This document shows, in pieces, positions 57,097 to 64,000 of a DNA stretch of 64,000 nucleotides. Under the pieces are notes generated by a model. It had not been told where the DNA came from. It ran no database searches and saw only the letters and a program-made list of their open reading frames with translations. Each line of letters starts with the position of its first letter. Positions within the stretch are counted from its first letter, which is position 1. The stretch comes from Prochlorococcus sp. AG-679-M23 (GTDB lineage Bacteria; Cyanobacteriota; Cyanobacteriia; PCC-6307; Cyanobiaceae). The DNA lies in contig QCUR01000001.1 in NCBI GenBank assembly GCA_003208875.1, forward strand, positions 160,001 through 224,000. The letters run 5' to 3'. The position numbers were made by a program, and so were the translations under genes.

Positions 57097-57164
57097 TATC
57101 AAAGCGAAAATTAATTTTTCGTTTTTAATTACACGTCTCACTTAGAGACATACTTTACGAACTC

Positions 57165-58247
57165 ATGACAACTATTCAGCAGCAACGTACTTCGTTGCTT
57201 AAAGGCTGGCCACAGTTTTGTGAGTGGGTAACATCAACTAACAACAGAATTTATGTTGGTTGGTTCGGCGTCTTAATGATTCCATGCCTACTTGCAGCCG
57301 CGGCTTGTTTCATCGTTGCTTTCATCGCAGCACCTCCAGTAGACATCGACGGAATTAGAGAACCAGTTGCTGGTTCATTCCTATATGGAAACAACATCAT
57401 CTCAGGTGCAGTTGTTCCTTCTTCAAATGCTATTGGTCTACACTTCTACCCAATTTGGGAAGCAGCTACTGTAGATGAGTGGTTATACAACGGTGGTCCT
57501 TACCAGCTAGTAATATTCCACTTCCTTATTGGTATCTCAGCATACATGGGACGTCAGTGGGAGCTTTCATACCGTTTAGGTATGCGTCCTTGGATCTGTG
57601 TTGCATACTCTGCACCAGTTTCAGCAGCTTTCGCAGTATTCCTTGTATACCCATTCGGTCAAGGTTCATTCTCTGACGGAATGCCTTTAGGTATCTCTGG
57701 AACATTCAACTTCATGTTTGTTTTCCAGGCAGAGCACAACATTCTTATGCACCCATTCCACATGGCTGGTGTTGCAGGTATGTTCGGAGGATCTTTATTC
57801 TCAGCAATGCACGGTTCACTTGTTACTTCATCTCTAATCAGAGAAACAACTGAGACAGAATCTCAGAACTATGGTTACAAGTTCGGACAAGAAGAAGAAA
57901 CATATAACATCGTTGCAGCTCATGGCTACTTCGGTCGTTTATTCTTCCAATATGCTTCATTCAACAACAGCAGAAGTCTTCACTTCTTCCTAGCTGTATT
58001 CCCAGTTGTATGTGTTTGGTTAACTTCAATGGGAATCTGCACAATGGCATTCAACCTTAACGGTTTCAACTTCAACCAATCAGTTGTAGATGCAAACGGT
58101 AAGATTGTTCCTACATGGGGTGACGTTCTTAACAGAGCTAACCTAGGTATGGAAGTAATGCACGAGCGTAACGCTCACAACTTCCCACTTGATCTAGCAG
58201 CAGCTGAGTCTACAACAGTAGCTCTTACAGCTCCAGCTATCGGTTAA
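57165..58247 (+). CDS. psbA: Photosystem II D1 protein, copy 1 (Gln130 form; Ile259Phe variant)
   Basis: [43 protein letters not shown] plus C-terminal extension. Confidence 0.99.
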   Translation: MTTIQQQRTSLLKGWPQFCEWVTSTNNRIYVGWFGVLMIPCLLAAAACFIVAFIAAPPVDIDGIREPVAGSFLYGNNIISGAVVPSSNAIGLHFYPIWEAATVDEWLYNGGPYQLVIFHFLIGISAYMGRQWELSYRLGMRPWICVAYSAPVSAAFAVFLVYPFGQGSFSDGMPLGISGTFNFMFVFQAEHNILMHPFHMAGVAGMFGGSLFSAMHGSLVTSSLIRETTETESQNYGYKFGQEEETYNIVAAHGYFGRLFFQYASFNNSRSLHFFLAVFPVVCVWLTSMGICTMAFNLNGFNFNQSVVDANGKIVPTWGDVLNRANLGMEVMHERNAHNFPLDLAAAESTTVALTAPAIG

Positions 58248-58265
58248 GCTTAAAGTTCTAAATTT

Positions 58266-58296
58266 AAAGCCTCCTTTTTTAAGGGGGCTTTTTTTT
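58266..58296 (+). terminator. Intrinsic terminator of psbA copy 1
   Basis: AAAGCCTCCTT-TTTT-AAGGGGGCTTT followed by a T run. Confidence 0.9.
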
Positions 58297-58335
58297 GTCT
58301 ATTTATATAATTTGGTATTTCTGATACATCTTTTT

Positions 58336-58464
58336 ATGTCAATTTCAGATTATTTTATGTTCATGATTCAGTTTTATTTTTCGATAGTAATATTAATAGT
58401 GTTAACTTTTTTTGCAATGCTTTTAGATACTCCAGAATTAGGCTCTCTTATTCAAACTTTTTAA
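58336..58464 (+). CDS. Putative 42-aa single-TM microprotein
   Basis: Manual translation MSISDYFMFMIQFYFSIVILIVLTFFAMLLDTPELGSLIQTF*; below the ORF-track cutoff, no clear RBS. Confidence 0.4.
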   Translation: MSISDYFMFMIQFYFSIVILIVLTFFAMLLDTPELGSLIQTF

Positions 58465-58794
58465 ATGATTAAAGAAATACATTAACTTTTGCTTTTGCAA
58501 ATCAATCTATTTTCAATCTGTTTTTTACAAATTTATTACTGGTTGGTTATCTAGAACAATCTAATTAACTAACCTGGTGGAGTATCAACTTTTGTTAAAC
58601 TCTCTTGAATAAATTAGCTATAAGTTAAAAATGATTATTATTTTTTTGTTAGTAAATATGCTGGTTTTTCACTTTTTTAAGAATTATCTTATTAATTTTT
58701 AGGTTTTTTAATAAGCATTGTTTATAAAATAGATAAGATTTTCTTATAAATCTATTAAGTTATTAATAATGTTCAATTTAATAAATTTTCCGTC

Positions 58795-58923
58795 TTAAAT
58801 TCTCTCACTACAAAAATTAGTTCCCTCAAAAGCCCCTAGTTCCAGTCTTCTATATTTTGCTTTCGATAAAGAAAATACTTCCTTTGATCTTTTTCCTTTG
58901 AATAGCCACTCTATTATTACCAA
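58795..58923 (-). CDS. Putative 42-aa basic microprotein
   Basis: TTG start preceded by GAGG at 7 nt; MVIIEWLFKGKRSKEVFSLSKAKYRRLELGAFEGTNFCSERI*. Confidence 0.6.
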   Translation of the reverse strand: MVIIEWLFKGKRSKEVFSLSKAKYRRLELGAFEGTNFCSERI

Positions 58924-59113
58924 GCTTATGCCTCAATAAAAAAGAAAATATTAAGATAAAAAGGCATATTTCACCTCAAAATGAGAAAAATGCTTAATCT
59001 GTCATAATTATTTCCGACACATTATTGATGATTTTGGACTATATTTATCAAAGCGAAAATTAATTTTTCGTTTTTAATTACACGTCTCACTTAGAGACAT
59101 ACTTTACGAACTC

Positions 59114-60196
59114 ATGACAACTATTCAGCAGCAACGTACTTCGTTGCTTAAAGGCTGGCCACAGTTTTGTGAGTGGGTAACATCAACTAACAACAGAATT
59201 TATGTTGGTTGGTTCGGCGTCTTAATGATTCCATGCCTACTTGCAGCCGCGGCTTGTTTCATCGTTGCTTTCATCGCAGCACCTCCAGTAGACATCGACG
59301 GAATTAGAGAACCAGTTGCTGGTTCATTCCTATATGGAAACAACATCATCTCAGGTGCAGTTGTTCCTTCTTCAAATGCTATTGGTCTACACTTCTACCC
59401 AATTTGGGAAGCAGCTACTGTAGATGAGTGGTTATACAACGGTGGTCCTTACCAGCTAGTAATATTCCACTTCCTTATTGGTATCTCAGCATACATGGGA
59501 CGTCAGTGGGAGCTTTCATACCGTTTAGGTATGCGTCCTTGGATCTGTGTTGCATACTCTGCACCAGTTTCAGCAGCTTTCGCAGTATTCCTTGTATACC
59601 CATTCGGTCAAGGTTCATTCTCTGACGGAATGCCTTTAGGTATCTCTGGAACATTCAACTTCATGTTTGTTTTCCAGGCAGAGCACAACATTCTTATGCA
59701 CCCATTCCACATGGCTGGTGTTGCAGGTATGTTCGGAGGATCTTTATTCTCAGCAATGCACGGTTCACTTGTTACTTCATCTCTAATCAGAGAAACAACT
59801 GAGACAGAATCTCAGAACTATGGTTACAAGTTCGGACAAGAAGAAGAAACATATAACATCGTTGCAGCTCATGGCTACTTCGGTCGTTTAATCTTCCAAT
59901 ATGCTTCATTCAACAACAGCAGAAGTCTTCACTTCTTCCTAGCTGTATTCCCAGTTGTATGTGTTTGGTTAACTTCAATGGGAATCTGCACAATGGCATT
60001 CAACCTTAACGGTTTCAACTTCAACCAATCAGTTGTAGATGCAAACGGTAAGATTGTTCCTACATGGGGTGACGTTCTTAACAGAGCTAACCTAGGTATG
60101 GAAGTAATGCACGAGCGTAACGCTCACAACTTCCCACTTGATCTAGCAGCAGCTGAGTCTACAACAGTAGCTCTTACAGCTCCAGCTATCGGTTAA
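59114..60196 (+). CDS. psbA: Photosystem II D1 protein, copy 2 (Gln130 form; canonical Ile259)
   Basis: As copy 1 but [14 protein letters not shown]. Confidence 0.99.
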   Translation: MTTIQQQRTSLLKGWPQFCEWVTSTNNRIYVGWFGVLMIPCLLAAAACFIVAFIAAPPVDIDGIREPVAGSFLYGNNIISGAVVPSSNAIGLHFYPIWEAATVDEWLYNGGPYQLVIFHFLIGISAYMGRQWELSYRLGMRPWICVAYSAPVSAAFAVFLVYPFGQGSFSDGMPLGISGTFNFMFVFQAEHNILMHPFHMAGVAGMFGGSLFSAMHGSLVTSSLIRETTETESQNYGYKFGQEEETYNIVAAHGYFGRLIFQYASFNNSRSLHFFLAVFPVVCVWLTSMGICTMAFNLNGFNFNQSVVDANGKIVPTWGDVLNRANLGMEVMHERNAHNFPLDLAAAESTTVALTAPAIG

Positions 60197-60214
60197 GCTT
60201 AAAGTTCTAAATTT

Positions 60215-60245
60215 AAAGCCTCCTTTTTTAAGGGGGCTTTTTTTT
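60215..60245 (+). terminator. Intrinsic terminator of psbA copy 2
   Basis: Same hairpin and T run as copy 1. Confidence 0.9.
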
Positions 60246-60305
60246 GTTTAATTCTCAATTGAGTTCTTATAATAGTTAATAGAACTTTAATAATTTGATA
60301 TTTCA

Positions 60306-61400
60306 ATGGGTAGCAGTTTTGGAAAAATTTTTCGTGTCACTACTTTTGGAGAATCTCATGGCGGTGCTGTTGGAGTTATTCTTGATGGATGTCCTCCAAA
60401 GTTAAAAATAAATATTGATCTTATACAAAATGAATTAGACAGGCGAAGACCTGGTCAGAGCAAAATTACAACTCCAAGAAATGAAGATGATAAATTAGAG
60501 ATTTTAAGTGGCTTAAAGGAGGGTATAACACTAGGAACCCCTATTGCAATGTTGGTTCGAAATAAAGATCAAAGACCAGGTGATTATAGTAATTTAGAGC
60601 AAGTATTCAGGCCATCTCACGCAGATGGCACATATCATTTGAAGTACGGAATACAGGCTGGTTCTGGAGGAGGTAGAGCCTCAGCTAGAGAAACTATAGG
60701 AAGAGTTGCTGCAGGTGCTATCGCAAAACAATTATTAAACAACTTGTTTAATACTGAAATTCTTTCTTGGGTAAAACGTATACATGATATTGACTCTCAG
60801 GTAAATAAAAATAAACTTACTCTAAGTAAAATAGATTCAAATATTGTTAGATGCCCAGATGATAAGGTGGCTGCAAAAATGATTAAAAGAATAAAAGAAT
60901 TGCAGCAAGATGGTGATTCTTGTGGAGGTGTTATTGAATGTTTAGTGAAAAATGTTCCATCAGGATTAGGTATGCCTGTCTTTGATAAATTGGAAGCTGA
61001 TCTTGCAAAGGCTTTGATGTCATTACCTGCTACTAAGGGTTTTGAAATAGGTTCAGGTTTCTTGGGTACTTATTTAAGAGGAAGTGAACATAATGATTCG
61101 TTTATTGAGTCTGATGATATTAGTAAGCTTAAAACAATATCAAATAATTCAGGAGGCATACAGGGAGGAATAAGTAATGGTGAGAATATTGAGATGAAAA
61201 TAGCTTTTAAACCAACAGCAACTATTGGAAAGGAGCAGAAAACCGTTAATGCTGATGGGAAAGAAGTACTAATGAAGGCTAAAGGCAGACATGATCCTTG
61301 TGTTTTACCGAGAGCAGTTCCCATGGTTGATGCAATGGTAGCTCTCGTTCTGGCAGATCATTTGCTTCTCAATCAAGCACAATGTTCAATTATTAAATAG
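60306..61400 (+). CDS. aroC: Chorismate synthase
   Basis: [43 protein letters not shown]. Confidence 0.98.
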   Translation: MGSSFGKIFRVTTFGESHGGAVGVILDGCPPKLKINIDLIQNELDRRRPGQSKITTPRNEDDKLEILSGLKEGITLGTPIAMLVRNKDQRPGDYSNLEQVFRPSHADGTYHLKYGIQAGSGGGRASARETIGRVAAGAIAKQLLNNLFNTEILSWVKRIHDIDSQVNKNKLTLSKIDSNIVRCPDDKVAAKMIKRIKELQQDGDSCGGVIECLVKNVPSGLGMPVFDKLEADLAKALMSLPATKGFEIGSGFLGTYLRGSEHNDSFIESDDISKLKTISNNSGGIQGGISNGENIEMKIAFKPTATIGKEQKTVNADGKEVLMKAKGRHDPCVLPRAVPMVDAMVALVLADHLLLNQAQCSIIK

Positions 61401-61410
61401 GAATAAATAT

Positions 61411-62037
61411 TTAATTTGATCTTCTTCTGAGCCATTCATATATCTTTGGATCTATTTTATTATTTTTAAAACCCCTATCCCCAATTACGATAGCTTTATA
61501 TCCTAAAGATTTATATTGCGGTATATCTGATATAGATAGTCCTCCTGCCGCAATAAAATCTATATTTTTATATTGAGATATATTTATTAAATCAATATTG
61601 TCTTTAACAGGGTAAATTTTAATAATTTTACAATTTAAATCTATTGCTTGTTTAAGATCTTTTAAATGTTTGATTCCAGGAATTAATAAATGATTTTTTG
61701 AATTTGAATAATTTAAAAGGTCTCTATTCCAACCTTTCATCATTGAATAATTTAAACCTATTTTTATAGAGTCATCTATCGATTTCTTATTTCTTATAGA
61801 AGCAGAACCTAAATTAAGTTTTGGGAACTTTAATCTTAAATTTGAAACATAATTTAGCCAGTTTTCATTATTAGACCAACTGATTTCTATATTTATGAAA
61901 CCTGCTTTTATTAAAAGCTCTATTTCTAGTTCAATTAAATCTCTTTCAATAGTATTTGTATAAATATTTTTAGTAGGTTTTATTAATAAAAAAAAAGATT
62001 CTGAATTTAGTCTTTTAGAGAAAGAATCTTTTTTTTT
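61411..62037 (-). CDS. KDPG/KHG aldolase (Eda)-like protein; open frame of 208 sense codons with no in-frame 5' start codon (possible pseudogene or homopolymer error)
   Basis: The frame stays open 98 codons upstream of the tracked ATG (KKKDSFS...NIEISWS...LGSASI) and continues to IIKIYP and AAGGLS; TAA at 62038-62040 caps it. Confidence 0.7.
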   Translation of the reverse strand, partial: KKKDSFSKRLNSESFFLLIKPTKNIYTNTIERDLIELEIELLIKAGFINIEISWSNNENWLNYVSNLRLKFPKLNLGSASIRNKKSIDDSIKIGLNYSMMKGWNRDLLNYSNSKNHLLIPGIKHLKDLKQAIDLNCKIIKIYPVKDNIDLINISQYKNIDFIAAGGLSISDIPQYKSLGYKAIVIGDRGFKNNKIDPKIYEWLRRRSN

Positions 62038-62064
62038 TTAATGGAGATATTAAATTTTTTTAAA

Positions 62065-63921
62065 TCAGATATAGTTAGCAACTTTAACCTCAGAGCGATT
62101 AAGTAAATCTTGGATATCTTCGGTATCAATTGTTTCTCTCTCAATGAGCATTGAAGCCATTTCATCAAGAACACTTCTGTTATCTGAAAGGACTTTTGTT
62201 GCTCTTTTATATGCTGTATCAACAAGCTCTGAAACTTCTACGTCAATTGTTGCTGCAGTATCTTCAGAGAAGTCTCTTGTGGCGCTCATGTCTCTCCCGA
62301 GGAACATTCCCCCTTGTGATTGACCCAAAGCCACTGGACCTATTTTATCGCTCATTCCAAATTTGGTTATCATTTGTCTTGCAACATTAGCCACTTGCTG
62401 TAAATCGTTAGAAGCTCCTGTAGTAACTTCCTCTTCTCCATATACTATTTCCTCAGCAACTCTTCCACCAAGAGCTACGGCCATTTGATTTTGTAGGTAA
62501 GAACGTGAGTAAAGACCGGACTCCATTCTTTCTTCACTAGGAGTAAAGAAGGTTAGTCCTCCTGCTTGACCCCTAGGAATTATAGAAACTTTTGCTACAG
62601 CGTCATAATCAGGCATGCAAGCGCCAACTAAAGCATGACCTGCCTCGTGATATGCCACAAGTTCTTTCTTTTTATCACTTATAACTCTGTCTTTCTTTTC
62701 TGGACCTGCCATAACTCTTTCGATAGCATCACCTACTTCATCATTACTAACAGTATCTAGATCTTTTCTTGCAGCAAGGATAGCTGCTTCGTTTAAGAGA
62801 TTAGCTAAATCAGCGCCCGTAAATCCAGGTGTTCTTCTTGCAACCTTATCAAGGTCTACATCCTTTGAGAGAGTTTTATCCTTGGCATGAACATTTAAAA
62901 TTTGTAATCTTCCAGCGTAATCAGGCCTGTCTACAGTTACTTGCCTATCAAATCTACCTGGTCTCATTAATGCTGAGTCTAAAACATCTGGTCTGTTAGT
63001 TGCCGCAACAATAATTATGCCAGAATTACCTTCAAAACCATCCATTTCAGTTAAAAGTTGGTTTAAAGTTTGTTCTCTCTCGTCATTTCCACCTCCCATG
63101 CCAGCACCTCTTTGTCTTCCAACAGCATCTATTTCATCGATAAATACAATGCAGGGTGCGTTTTTTTTGGCTTGCTCAAATAAGTCTCTAACCCTACTTG
63201 CACCAACTCCAACAAACATTTCAACAAATTCAGATCCAGAGATGGAGAAAAAAGGGACACCTGCTTCTCCCGCAACTGCCTTGGCTAAAAGAGTTTTTCC
63301 TGTTCCTGGTGGTCCCACTAAAAGAACACCTTTAGGAATTTTTGCACCTACTGCAGTAAATCTGTCAGGACTTTTAAGAAAATCTACAACCTCTGTTAAC
63401 TCTAATTTTGCTCCTTCAACACCAGCAACATCTGAAAAAGTTACTTGAGTAGAAGGTTCCATTTGAAGTCTAGCTTTGCTTTTTCCAAAACTCATTGCCG
63501 GATTACCACCACCACCACCGCTTCCATTTTGTGATCTTCTAAATAGGAAAAACAAACCTCCTATTAATAAAACCGGAAAAATTAAACTACTTATAGCTTG
63601 CTGCCAAGGATTAGCTAATTTTGTAGGTGTAACTGCTATATCTACATCGTTCTCGGTTAGGATTTTTAGCAAATCTTTATCCGGAGCCAGATTAACTTCA
63701 GATCTACTGCCATCGTTTTCAACAACTTGTGCAGTTCCACTATCTGGAGATAATAAAACTCTACTGACTTCTTTATCTTGAACAGCTTCTATAAAATCGC
63801 TATATCTAAGAGTTTTGGTTGAATTCTCAGTGTTAGGTTTATCAAAAACAGAAGTGCCTATAAAAATCACTGTAATTACTGCTAGAACGTAAAGTCCTAC
63901 GTTTCTCCAACGTTTGTTCAC
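62065..63921 (-). CDS. ftsH: ATP-dependent Zn metalloprotease FtsH (N-terminus resembles cyanobacterial FtsH3)
   Basis: Two TM segments, [25 protein letters not shown]-terminal KRWRNVGLY. Confidence 0.97.
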   Translation of the reverse strand: MNKRWRNVGLYVLAVITVIFIGTSVFDKPNTENSTKTLRYSDFIEAVQDKEVSRVLLSPDSGTAQVVENDGSRSEVNLAPDKDLLKILTENDVDIAVTPTKLANPWQQAISSLIFPVLLIGGLFFLFRRSQNGSGGGGGNPAMSFGKSKARLQMEPSTQVTFSDVAGVEGAKLELTEVVDFLKSPDRFTAVGAKIPKGVLLVGPPGTGKTLLAKAVAGEAGVPFFSISGSEFVEMFVGVGASRVRDLFEQAKKNAPCIVFIDEIDAVGRQRGAGMGGGNDEREQTLNQLLTEMDGFEGNSGIIIVAATNRPDVLDSALMRPGRFDRQVTVDRPDYAGRLQILNVHAKDKTLSKDVDLDKVARRTPGFTGADLANLLNEAAILAARKDLDTVSNDEVGDAIERVMAGPEKKDRVISDKKKELVAYHEAGHALVGACMPDYDAVAKVSIIPRGQAGGLTFFTPSEERMESGLYSRSYLQNQMAVALGGRVAEEIVYGEEEVTTGASNDLQQVANVARQMITKFGMSDKIGPVALGQSQGGMFLGRDMSATRDFSEDTAATIDVEVSELVDTAYKRATKVLSDNRSVLDEMASMLIERETIDTEDIQDLLNRSEVKVANYI

Positions 63922-64000
63922 GATAAAAAATCTCTATTAAATCTATAATACTAATAATAAATCAATATTAAGACTTTCTAAGTACATCTACTACACTTTT

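Larger units (their letters stand above)
57069..58298 (+). repeat. Direct repeat copy 1 (1230 bp): psbA promoter core, 5'UTR, CDS and terminator
   Basis: Matches 59018-60247 at offset 1949; one mismatch seen by eye (57942 T vs 59891 A). Confidence 0.95.
59018..60247 (+). repeat. Direct repeat copy 2 (1230 bp): psbA promoter core, 5'UTR, CDS and terminator
   Basis: Matches 57069-58298. Confidence 0.95.

Noticed and set aside
57165..60196. Higher GC and C-ending codons in psbA, suggesting phage or other horizontal origin
   Set aside because: This bias is expected for very highly expressed genes. The protein has host-type Prochlorococcus residues, and no phage genes are adjacent.
62007..62225. 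72-aa minus-strand ORF overlapping the ftsH 3' end
   Set aside because: Mostly an alternate frame of ftsH with no motif. It matters only as the frame containing ATT-AAA-AAA-AAA-AAG discussed for the eda-like gene.
57165..63921. psbA and ftsH proximity as a dedicated PSII repair module
   Set aside because: They are on opposite strands and separated by aroC and the eda-like gene; this looks like ordinary core gene order.

Overview
This is a very AT-rich, gene-dense core-chromosome segment of a Prochlorococcus, most likely a high-light ecotype. The assignment rests on D1 carrying the divinyl-chlorophyll-associated Met205/Cys282, a marine-type CP12, a bicA-sbtA-sbtB cluster and many overlapping genes. 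It runs trpB-cysC-purE-chlM-rre1-like-nifS-rsmH-ndhH, then a phylloquinone (men) cluster, gshB-grxC-prfB, argS-nadC-mnmE-rel, pgk-murG-pyrD-rnhA, the secE-nusG-rplKAJL operon, clpB2, eno, an atypical thioredoxin reductase, bicarbonate transport genes, hemB-mutS2-obgE-cp12, psbA x2, aroC, an eda-like gene and ftsH. I saw no tRNA, rRNA, CRISPR array, integrase or transposase. The only clearly accessory part is a 1230-bp direct tandem duplication of psbA including promoter and terminator. By eye the copies differ at one nonsynonymous base (D1 Ile259Phe, QB-loop region) and enclose a 719-bp spacer with small ORFs absent from the ORF track. Other notable items are an eda-like reading frame that lacks a start codon next to an A11 tract, the prfB +1 frameshift, L1 and L10 autoregulatory RNA elements, a non-NADPH-type thioredoxin reductase and a ClpB2 lacking NBD1 arginine fingers. 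I cannot claim a wholly new multi-gene system; the psbA duplication cassette is the best candidate for something undescribed.
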